From positions 5,186 through 69,185 of the forward strand of contig JADLFQ010000018.1 in the NCBI GenBank assembly GCA_020845515.1: 64,000 nucleotides of DNA. Direction: 5' to 3'. This DNA is from Anaerolineaceae bacterium. Lineage in GTDB: Bacteria > Chloroflexota > Anaerolineae > Anaerolineales > Anaerolineaceae. The translations under genes and the position numbers were made by a program. Numbering within the stretch: the first letter of the stretch is position 1; every line of letters begins with the position of its first letter. The notes below the pieces were generated by a model, which saw only the letters and a program-made list of their open reading frames with translations, made no database searches and was not told the DNA's origin. Shown piece by piece: positions 57,226 through 64,000 of the stretch.

Positions 57226-57336
57226 GGTTTTTCTTCTTTCGATGCAAAATTCAAATGATTTATATTTGCAGCAAGCCGTTGTTGGGCGGCTTTGTGTTGT
57301 TATAAGAATGCAATCCATCAGCAGGCGGTACGGGTA

Positions 57337-58323
57337 TCAGCGCCTCTTTTCCACTACGATCAAATCGTCGCTCCAATCTGGAATAAATAAGCAGCCAGCA
57401 TGGTAGTCCATGCTGCAAATCTTGGGGAGATTTATCTTGTATGGGTCAGTCTCCAGTGGGTTGTTCCTTTGATTAGATTCGGCGTGATGTTTCCCGACAA
57501 TGGTCGAAATCTGACGGGTAGAGTGGTCCACCATTCGCACCACATGGTTGTAGGTGTCGCCGATGAAGATGTTCCCTTCCTCATCAAGCGATATTGAAAA
57601 AGGCCCATCGAAATACTCGTCTGGATTGCTTCCTAAGGTGGCGGTGTGAGCAAGTTCCCCATCTCCTGAATATCCTGGCTCCCCAGTCCCAACCACTGTA
57701 GAAACCGTGCCTTGATTAACGTTGATCCGCCTCACGCTAAAATTCTTGCTATCCAATACATACATATTGGCGTCCGGCCCAAGACGCATATCATAAATCC
57801 AGTTAAACTGAACCGCCTCAAATGGGACGGTTTCTCCTTGAAATCCGGGATGTCCGTTCCCGAGGGTCAAAACTGGCTCGCCGGCCAAATTGAACTTCCA
57901 GACCCGACATCCCTCGATCTCGTTCACCCATATATACCCTTGCTCGTCATAGACACAGTTCCCAATGTCTTTTAAGCCAATACGTTTAGTATTGATGAAT
58001 AGCTCAGCGGACTTTTTATCTGGTCGGATTTTAAAAACCTCATTGGTACCATTGCTGGAGACAAGCAATGAACCATCGGGTAATTCGGCAATGTAGTGAG
58101 GGTATTTTGCCTCGAAAGGAATGTGATTTCGACTCAGGCCCTTATCGGCTGCGCCAGCCGTCCAGATAAACTCATCCTCAGCCGTAATGCATCCCAGCCA
58201 GTGCTCGTTATAGTCCAGAAAGTATTGTGTGCCTCTTTTGCCATGAAAACCAAATTTCACGAAGCCTTGCTCCCACGATTTGTTCTCCGTAAAGTTGAAG
58301 ATGCGCTTTATTCTCCACTCCAT
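57337..58323 (-). CDS. NHL-repeat beta-propeller protein
   Basis: GTGEPGYSGDGELA...IFIGDTYNHVVRMVD-type blades are repeated. Confidence 0.65.
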   Translation of the reverse strand: MEWRIKRIFNFTENKSWEQGFVKFGFHGKRGTQYFLDYNEHWLGCITAEDEFIWTAGAADKGLSRNHIPFEAKYPHYIAELPDGSLLVSSNGTNEVFKIRPDKKSAELFINTKRIGLKDIGNCVYDEQGYIWVNEIEGCRVWKFNLAGEPVLTLGNGHPGFQGETVPFEAVQFNWIYDMRLGPDANMYVLDSKNFSVRRINVNQGTVSTVVGTGEPGYSGDGELAHTATLGSNPDEYFDGPFSISLDEEGNIFIGDTYNHVVRMVDHSTRQISTIVGKHHAESNQRNNPLETDPYKINLPKICSMDYHAGCLFIPDWSDDLIVVEKRR

Positions 58324-58389
58324 TTTTTCAGCTCCTCAAAGCGGGTATAAACCTGGCCGCCCAACCATGTATTATTCGCTCAAAGAACC

Positions 58390-59541
58390 TCATTCTTTAT
58401 CCCTGATTATCTCCAATTTTACCAGCGGCAAAGCCGTTATTTTTTCTGTTACCGGATACACTTCATTCCCCGGATAGACGATCCAGAGCCGTTCAAGGTT
58501 TAACTCAGAAACTGCAATCCGCATCGAGGGTGTCAGCGCAGGCGCTTCATTGAACTTAACTTCCAGCCCATATCGCCTTCCTTTGTTTTGGAACACCAGG
58601 TCAATTTCCGCGCCGGCGTGTGTGCCCCAAAAATAAGCCGCAGTGGGGCGGAGAATTTGAAGCGCCTGTTCGATGGCAAAACCTTCCCAAGAAGCGCCAA
58701 CCTTGGGATGTCCCAGCAGGATGTGCCGATCAGGAATATCCAACAGGCTATGCAACAATCCCGTATCCCTGAAATAAATTTTTGGAGATTTCACCTGGCG
58801 CTTGCCCAGGTTCTCAAACCAGGGTTGGAGCTGGCGAATCATGAACGTGCCGGTCAGAATATCGAGATAAGAACGCACGGTCTTATCTGAAAGCCCCATC
58901 GAACGGCCAATCTCAGCCGCATTCCATGTTTGCCCGTGATAATGAGCCAGCATGGTCCAGAAGCGGCGCATGGTGACCGCCGGGATGTTGATCCCGAGTT
59001 GAGGAATGTCGCGTTCCAAAAAGGTGCGGATAAAGCCCTCGCGCCAGGCGAAACTGTCTACATCCGAATTGGCAAGAAAAGAACGCGGATAACCACCTCT
59101 CAGCCATAACGTTTCCAAGGTATTTATTCCTGTTTCAGACAGGTTAAACCCCTGCAGTTCAATGAATTCCAGCCTGCCTGCCAGCGTCTCGGACGCCGAT
59201 TTAACAATCTCCGGTGATGCGCTGCCCAAGACCAAGAAGTGCGCCTGATTTTCAGGGCGGTCCACCATAACCCGCAGAACCTGGAAGAGCTCCGGCATTT
59301 TTTGAATTTCATCGAGAATGACCAGCCCTTTCAGTCCGCCCAGCATCAATTCCGGATTCTGCAGCCGGCGCTGGTCAGGAAGAGACTCGATATCAAAGAA
59401 TGTGGATGGCTGATGTTCGGCGAGCTGGCGTGCCAGGGTTGTTTTTCCGCATTGGCGTGGACCTAATAAAGCGGTTACGGGTGAACGCCCAATCGCTGGT
59501 TTTAACCGGTTGAGATAGTCATCTCTCTGGATCATACCCAT
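58390..59541 (-). CDS. AAA-family ATPase with a DUF4143 C-terminal domain
   Basis: LLGPRQCGKTTLA Walker A, VILDEIQ Walker B, and a C-terminal restriction-endonuclease-like region typical of DUF4143 proteins. Confidence 0.8.
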   Translation of the reverse strand: MGMIQRDDYLNRLKPAIGRSPVTALLGPRQCGKTTLARQLAEHQPSTFFDIESLPDQRRLQNPELMLGGLKGLVILDEIQKMPELFQVLRVMVDRPENQAHFLVLGSASPEIVKSASETLAGRLEFIELQGFNLSETGINTLETLWLRGGYPRSFLANSDVDSFAWREGFIRTFLERDIPQLGINIPAVTMRRFWTMLAHYHGQTWNAAEIGRSMGLSDKTVRSYLDILTGTFMIRQLQPWFENLGKRQVKSPKIYFRDTGLLHSLLDIPDRHILLGHPKVGASWEGFAIEQALQILRPTAAYFWGTHAGAEIDLVFQNKGRRYGLEVKFNEAPALTPSMRIAVSELNLERLWIVYPGNEVYPVTEKITALPLVKLEIIRDKE

Positions 59542-59545
59542 ATTG

Positions 59546-59586
59546 TACCTTGAGATATCGGAGTTAAACTCCGATATCTCAAGGTA
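59546..59586. repeat. 41-nt perfect palindrome (20-bp arms) abutting the ATPase start codon
   Basis: TACCTTGAGATATCGGAGTT-A-AACTCCGATATCTCAAGGTA. On the minus strand its 3' arm ends 4 nt before the ATG at 59541 and contains the only SD-like AAGG. Confidence 0.9.
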
Positions 59587-59780
59587 AAGGCTTCCGGCCG
59601 CACTTTATTTTCAAAATAAAGGGGCTTTCAAATAACAAACCGCACTCTCGATCATGATTGATAAAGAGTGCGGCATGATGATGTATGGTAATGGCTATGG
59701 AAACCCGCCCCCATAATATATAGGGGTACGTCTGTCATTTTAATATCCTACGTCCCTATCTGCCGGCACCAAGTCCTGCA

Positions 59781-59845
59781 GGCCGGAACTTGTAGCCGTA
59801 CATCCGACTCGGTCCGCGCGAGAGGAGTCAAAGTAATTACCTAAC
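59781..59845. repeat. copy A of the 37-nt-core repeat family
   Basis: GGCCGGAACTTGTAGCCGTACATCCGACTCGGTCCGC, then GAGAGGAG...ACCTAAC. Confidence 0.85.
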
Positions 59846-59902
59846 GCCCGGATTCATCTGCGTTTAATTGGGACGTTAACCAATTCCAAAGCCGGATCCA
59901 TC

Positions 59903-60478
59903 CTACTCCATATTCTTAAAGGCGCGTTCCAGTAAGTCACTGACTTTGAGTTCGTTTGCCCATTTTCGCAGATAATCCAGATCAAGTTCGCCAGCCCGTG
60001 TTTTTAATACACCAAGAATGTCGCGCCACTGACGCTCCGATACCTCGCCGCCTAGGCGATACCATTCGAGTTTGGCCAGGATGATATCTTCGGGACTGGC
60101 AAATTTTACGCTGACTTCCGATTCAAAAAGGAAGGTCTGGTTTTGGGCACGGACAAGCTGGGATTGCAGAAAGGGACGCGGGTGGGGGATGAAAACATCC
60201 ACTTTGAACATGGATTCGCGATGAATAATGTTAAAACTGGAATGGCGCTGGATGGATTCGGCGATCATTTCATTGTCCATATAAAAATCATCCTGCAAAG
60301 CCAAAACAAACGGCTCGAGATGTTCAAGCCGCATTTCGGTAACGATGTCTGAATCCTGGGTAGTGCGTACCATGCCGTAAAGGGTGCTGGCAAGTGAACC
60401 GCCAATGAGATAAGGGATGCCGAGGCTTTCAAGAACATGGGTGACTTTAGCCGTGACTTCAATTGGTTCATTTTGCAT
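59903..60478 (-). CDS. nucleotidyltransferase-domain protein (MNT-like)
   Basis: Start at MQNEPIEV (60478). LIGGSLASTLYG...QDSDIV is the GS...DxD polymerase-beta-type NTase motif. Confidence 0.6.
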   Translation of the reverse strand: MQNEPIEVTAKVTHVLESLGIPYLIGGSLASTLYGMVRTTQDSDIVTEMRLEHLEPFVLALQDDFYMDNEMIAESIQRHSSFNIIHRESMFKVDVFIPHPRPFLQSQLVRAQNQTFLFESEVSVKFASPEDIILAKLEWYRLGGEVSERQWRDILGVLKTRAGELDLDYLRKWANELKVSDLLERAFKNME

Positions 60479-60725
60479 GAGGCAGCTCTCCATAGACCTT
60501 GTTTGCGATTTCTTCTCCGAGCAGTAATCCCGCCAGTCTACGCCACAATTCGGCTTCGTTGGCTTGGGGATACTGCGAACGCAACCCCGCCAGTGCAAGC
60601 AGTCTGGCCGATTGGTTGAGCTGCGCCACCATTTGCATTTTACGGGTGGGGCTGGCCTGCCGCCAAAGTTGAATTTGCAGGGCTTCCATTTTGGGGTGAG
60701 TGTCAGAGAATAAGGCGCTCATCAA
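60468..60725 (-). CDS. small helical protein, partner of the nucleotidyltransferase gene
   Basis: 85 aa. Its stop overlaps the downstream start by 11 nt (ATGCAAAATGA). Confidence 0.5.
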   Translation of the reverse strand: MMSALFSDTHPKMEALQIQLWRQASPTRKMQMVAQLNQSARLLALAGLRSQYPQANEAELWRRLAGLLLGEEIANKVYGELPHAK

Positions 60726-61021
60726 CTTCCTATCCCTTCAAAGATAATGATTTCATCCTTCCCTAACCCAAATAGATGATAAGCCAGCGCACCAGATATA
60801 TCCGATTGAGGTGTCATGATTTGATTCTACCCGGAAATGTATCCATCAGGACCTCTTGCAACTCTCCAAACCTATTTTGTTTCATAAATTGCCAGTAATC
60901 ACCCGCAGGAATTAATTATATGGTCATTAATTTGAAGATTGAAATAAAAAACGTCTTTCACATTTAGAAGGCGCTTTCTTTTCAGTAGAAAAAATGGGTC
61001 TACCGCGGCCCAATTCCAGCC

Positions 61022-61087
61022 GGCCGGAACTTATGCCCGTACACACGACTTGGTCCGCGGTGGGAGAGGTGAGAGTGACAATCTAAA
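61022..61087. repeat. copy B of the 37-nt-core repeat family
   Basis: GGCCGGAACTTATGCCCGTACACACGACTTGGTCCGC, then GGTGGGAGAGG...ATCTAAA. The TAG stop of ORF 61083..61742 lies in the ATCTAAA block. Confidence 0.85.
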
Positions 61088-61742
61088 GGTTTGCATTACC
61101 CATCAAAAACCTTCCCCCTGATTTAATGTCGTGCGCAAATCCAAAGATGAAGGTCAAGGGCAGGAGGATCACTTCGGCGGCCAGGCATCCAAGCATGATT
61201 GTGATGACGATTTCCGGATTGTTTACACCAGGCAAAAATCCGGTTGTCGCAATCGCTAGTACTATTAGCAACAGCACTGTACCCAAACCCAGAAACCACG
61301 GCCATAATTTGCCTGGCAGGGCTTGCTTACCGTCAAAAAACCTCTCCCAAAAAACCAGGGGTTTGTTGATCTGTCTTGAAACGATGTATATCCACGGAAA
61401 GAATAGAACCTGCGCCATGCCTCCGCCGACCAAAAGAAGCAGGATAAAAAGGAGCAACAAAATGATGGGGCCTTTTTTCTTATGGACATAACCGCATGAC
61501 CAGATGATGACAGTCAGTCCAACCAACATCGCCGCGATGCCGGTGATGAGGAAATTGGGGATCAGAGTGAAAGCAGGTTCATTGCCGTGAGGCCACATCT
61601 TCTGTGTTTCTCCAATTGCAGAAATGAACCGGCCGCCTGTCGGGATGTTCCCCTGGAGAGTTTCAAAGAGACCGTGGTTAATGCCCGATATTCCAAAGAT
61701 CACGCCCAATAAGGCAACGTTGATCCGTGTTGCGCGATTCAT
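61083..61742 (-). CDS. integral membrane protein (about 6 TM)
   Basis: 219-aa hydrophobic protein with a 4-nt overlap with the flavodoxin-like gene. Confidence 0.6.
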   Translation of the reverse strand: MNRATRINVALLGVIFGISGINHGLFETLQGNIPTGGRFISAIGETQKMWPHGNEPAFTLIPNFLITGIAAMLVGLTVIIWSCGYVHKKKGPIILLLLFILLLLVGGGMAQVLFFPWIYIVSRQINKPLVFWERFFDGKQALPGKLWPWFLGLGTVLLLIVLAIATTGFLPGVNNPEIVITIMLGCLAAEVILLPLTFIFGFAHDIKSGGRFLMGNANL

Positions 61743-62263
61743 TTTTTCTCTTTCTCCATCAAAAGTTCATCGGCAATCCCTTTTGCCCAGGCAACAATGT
61801 TCTCCCAATCTCGAAAGTCGCCTTCAGCAGCCTGAACCCGGTTCATCATCCATTTCTCAAGACCGTTCAATTTTTGCAGGTTCACCGCTCCGCGAAAAAC
61901 AGTAATGCTGCGCGGCTGGATCCAATCGGCGGCAGATTGCAGCCCTGATGGGAATTTCCAATCTTGCAGCAGTACTTCCAGGTCACCTTCACCGGTTGGT
62001 CCGCTGGAGAAGAGCCAGACAGGCTTTTGTGCCATATCCATCTTATTTGCTTTCAAGAATGATGCTGCTTCTTTTCGCCACATACCAATGTAGACCGCGC
62101 TGCCCAGCACCACTGCCTGGTAGCCGGTTGATTTTTTGACAGGATTCGCAGGTAAAACGTCGGTTTGCAGACCTGCCTCGCGCAATACCTGTCCAATCCT
62201 CCCGGCTATTTCTGCTGTGTTGCCGTACTTCGAAGCGAATGCTACTAAAACCTTGCCGTCCAT
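61739..62263 (-). CDS. flavodoxin-domain protein (HemG-like family)
   Basis: The start MDGKVLVAFASKYGNTAEIA follows AAGGAG. This is the flavodoxin FMN-binding N-terminus. Confidence 0.7.
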   Translation of the reverse strand: MDGKVLVAFASKYGNTAEIAGRIGQVLREAGLQTDVLPANPVKKSTGYQAVVLGSAVYIGMWRKEAASFLKANKMDMAQKPVWLFSSGPTGEGDLEVLLQDWKFPSGLQSAADWIQPRSITVFRGAVNLQKLNGLEKWMMNRVQAAEGDFRDWENIVAWAKGIADELLMEKEKK

Positions 62264-62328
62264 CTTTGCTCCTTGTTGCACAATCATCCTGAAATTTATG
62301 AGGAATTACATGCTGTGATATGCTGCAC

Positions 62329-62952
62329 CTATTTCTGAATCGAGGTGAGGTTAACTCCCAGAGCGCGGAGAACAAAATCTGCGACTGCGTCCATGTCGAG
62401 CGGTGTAACCCCATTTTCGTCTGCGGTTGACCCCACCCCGAGGTAAAACGTCATGATCATGATGGAGGTGCTTACCGGGTCAGTGGGTTGAAAAACCCCC
62501 TGCTGCATACCCGGGAGCAGGATTTCTTCACAGATGAGCTGCATCATCGGTTCATAGATCTGGCTCAGCTGTGTTTTGAACTGCCTGTTTACACCCTGCA
62601 TGGATGCAAAAAGTACCCTCGCCTGGTTGGGGTTTGCTCTTACATAATCAAAGGCCACAGCCAGGAGCCGTTTTAAGCGCAGGACATAATTATTTTCCTG
62701 ACGGATTTGTTCCGCGATATACGAACAGTGCTCCGCCCCAATCTCTCCCAGGAGGGTGAGCATGAGTTCATTTTTGCTGGGGAAGTAGTTGTAGATTGTT
62801 CCGACGGCAACACCGGCAGCCTGGGTAATGCGGTTGATACTTGCGCCTTCAAAACCCGCGCTTGCAAATTCATCTACAGCAGCTTTGAGCAAACGCTGCC
62901 GGGTTTCGTTTATCAATTTCATACGATTTTCGTTCTTGTAACGGGGTGTCAT
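62329..62952 (-). CDS. TetR/AcrR-family transcriptional regulator
   Basis: LLKAAVDEFASAGFEGASINRITQAAGVAVGTIYNYFPSK HTH. Confidence 0.85.
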   Translation of the reverse strand: MTPRYKNENRMKLINETRQRLLKAAVDEFASAGFEGASINRITQAAGVAVGTIYNYFPSKNELMLTLLGEIGAEHCSYIAEQIRQENNYVLRLKRLLAVAFDYVRANPNQARVLFASMQGVNRQFKTQLSQIYEPMMQLICEEILLPGMQQGVFQPTDPVSTSIMIMTFYLGVGSTADENGVTPLDMDAVADFVLRALGVNLTSIQK

Positions 62953-62970
62953 TTTTTGAATCCTGCAATT

Positions 62971-62996
62971 AATATGAATGAATACTCATTCATATT
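62971..62996. promoter_or_regulatory. candidate TetR operator palindrome
   Basis: AATATGAATGA-ATAC-TCATTCATATT has 11-bp perfect arms and lies 19 nt upstream of the tetR start. Confidence 0.6.
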
Positions 62997-63034
62997 ATCT
63001 AGAATTATTGAATCTGTCAAGAGGTTTTGAGAGA

Positions 63035-63067
63035 TATAAAAAACCGCTTCCCTTGTGGAAAGCGGTT
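63035..63067 (-). terminator. intrinsic terminator (minus strand)
   Basis: The minus strand reads AACCGCTTTCC-ACAA-GGGAAGCGGTT followed by TTTTTTAT. It lies downstream of copy C and upstream of the tetR operator. Confidence 0.65.
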
Positions 63068-63110
63068 CAATTGATTGCTATTTACTTGTCTTTGCTACTA
63101 CCTCATCACA

Positions 63111-63175
63111 GGCCGGAACTTATGCCCGTACACACGACTTGGTCCGCACTAGGGAGGTAAAGGTTGTTGTCTAAA
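63111..63175. repeat. copy C of the 37-nt-core repeat family
   Basis: GGCCGGAACTTATGCCCGTACACACGACTTGGTCCGC (identical to copy B over 37 nt), then ACTAGGGAGG...GTCTAAA. Confidence 0.85.
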
Positions 63176-63318
63176 GGCAAGCGTTTTCGACGGGCGGGGG
63201 ATCTGGCAGTAAAAACGACCAGTTGCCGGATCCGCCTTTAAAACTGAATCCCTGAAAGTGTGGGCTTTGCCCGCACTTGTCCAGTGCACGCGATGTTGGC
63301 TTGTTTTGCGCCAAGAAT

Positions 63319-64000
63319 TTAGGTTTGGATTTCACCTTGACCTTTTAACCCATGCATTTCAATTTCTTGCGTGACTTTGGTTAGCCACAAAAACAATGAC
63401 TCGATTTGTTTTTCTGAAAACTTTCGATTTATCAAGCACTTTAATTCTCTGCCTGCGGGCTGAAATAAACCTGAACTTTGGGCTTCTGCGTACAAAGCCT
63501 GTAATTCTTGTTCAGAGACATCTATTTTGCTCAATAAACCGCCACGTCCAACAAATGCTGAATAAATAGACTGCTGATAAACAGATTTTGGAGGATACCC
63601 AAAACAAAAAGCAACATGAGTACCAGATAGATTGACATTAAGAGAAAAACCTTTTGTACCCCAATGGATTGGAAACGAATTAGTTTTTGCCCATGCCAGT
63701 AATTTCTCAAAAATTAATTTGCCGTTGGGGTCTAAAGAATTGAAAAAGGAACTTTCAGAAATTACAGGCAATGAACCTGATGAAACTTTAGATATATTGG
63801 CAGACTCGTTTCCGACAACAATACTTGTGGATAACAACCTTAATCCACCATCGGCTTTGAAAAATGTAAATTCCAAACAAGTGATCCTTATGCCCTTATT
63901 TCGCAGAAAAGTTGATGTTTGGTGAATTTCAGGCGTAATTTTTTGACCGACAATAACGATTCTTTGGTCGTTATTGAATACAACTGCTTCATCAGAGACC
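63319..64000 (-). CDS. hypothetical protein with its 5' end outside the window
   Basis: The track starts it at the TTG at 63876, but I read the same frame open to 64000 (...VSDEAVVFNNDQRIVIVGQKITPEIHQTSTFLRNKGIRITCLEFTFFKADGG...). The gene is AT-rich. Confidence 0.55.
   Translation of the reverse strand, partial: VSDEAVVFNNDQRIVIVGQKITPEIHQTSTFLRNKGIRITCLEFTFFKADGGLRLLSTSIVVGNESANISKVSSGSLPVISESSFFNSLDPNGKLIFEKLLAWAKTNSFPIHWGTKGFSLNVNLSGTHVAFCFGYPPKSVYQQSIYSAFVGRGGLLSKIDVSEQELQALYAEAQSSGLFQPAGRELKCLINRKFSEKQIESLFLWLTKVTQEIEMHGLKGQGEIQT

Larger units (their letters stand above)
44200..64000 (-). mobile_element. integron-type gene cassette array (attC-bounded units) with no integrase in the window
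   Basis: attC-like sites lie at 50685-50781, 54869-55018 and 56414-56481, with weaker ones elsewhere. The ORFs are small, co-oriented and functionally unrelated, and many units are AT-richer. See findings. Confidence 0.5.

Noticed and set aside
57226-57336. Possible attC between the NHL and Zn-ribbon units. The plus strand carries GCCGTTGTTGGGCGGC and the minus strand carries ATAACAACACAAAGCC.
   Set aside because: The boxes are on inconsistent strands and spacings relative to the R''-5-L''...L'-7-R' pattern of the good sites. It may be a decayed site, but I cannot support a call.
58354-58389. attC 3' of the DUF4143 ATPase, with an R'-like GTTGGGCGGC at 58356-58365 on the minus strand
   Set aside because: Only the R' box and a short AAAGAA/TTCTTT stem spanning the stop codon are visible. 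There is no R''/L'' partner. It is mentioned under the array finding but not annotated as a site.
59781-59817. 37-nt core as a tRNA 3' fragment (island att site), a group II intron domain V, or an SRP/tmRNA piece
   Set aside because: It has no GGTTCGAATCC-type T-arm and no CCA context. Only one half of a CCGUAC/GUACGG domain-V-like hairpin is present. No RT or maturase ORF is nearby. The resemblances are a few nucleotides only.
44200-64000. Transposase, phage or integrase genes that would explain the accessory region
   Set aside because: No ORF in the window shows tyrosine/serine recombinase, DDE transposase or phage structural motifs. The mobile character rests only on the repeats and the gene content.

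Overview
This is a high-GC bacterial chromosomal window. Gene content and protein style suggest a Chloroflexota/Anaerolineae-like organism, but that is inference only and no database was searched.

Core region (about 1-44.2 kb): this part looks like ordinary chromosome. It holds membrane glycosyltransferases, a BMP-family ABC importer followed by two tandem creatininase-family paralogs, and a NarL-type two-component system. It also holds nadE, an ABC-F ATPase, trmO, a PAS/GAF/GGDEF protein, mutS2 and purA. A bacterioferritin gene here is broken by an in-frame TGA. An 11.2-kb gene encodes a roughly 3,750-aa DUF11-repeat surface protein whose C-terminus carries an LPKTG sorting motif followed directly by a complete sortase domain.

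Accessory region (about 44.2 kb to the right edge): the character changes to short, mostly minus-strand, functionally unrelated gene units that look AT-richer by eye. They are two DinB proteins, a CPBP protease, an AhpD-like/PEP-mutase pair, ACR3, two RibD_C/DHFR-like proteins, an NHL protein, a DUF4143 ATPase, a nucleotidyltransferase pair and a TetR-flavodoxin-membrane module. Structured repeats separate these units.

Three of the repeats (50685-50781, 54869-55018, 56414-56481) have the R''-L''...L'-R' box architecture of integron attC sites on the minus strand. I therefore read the region as an integron-type cassette array. Any integrase would lie to the right of the window.

A second repeat family has a 37-nt conserved core in three direct copies at 59.8, 61.0 and 63.1 kb. 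The attC model does not obviously explain it.

I saw no rRNA, tRNA, CRISPR array or transposase. Start codons were chosen by eye from RBS context. Two ORFs run off the window edges and are missing from the supplied ORF track.
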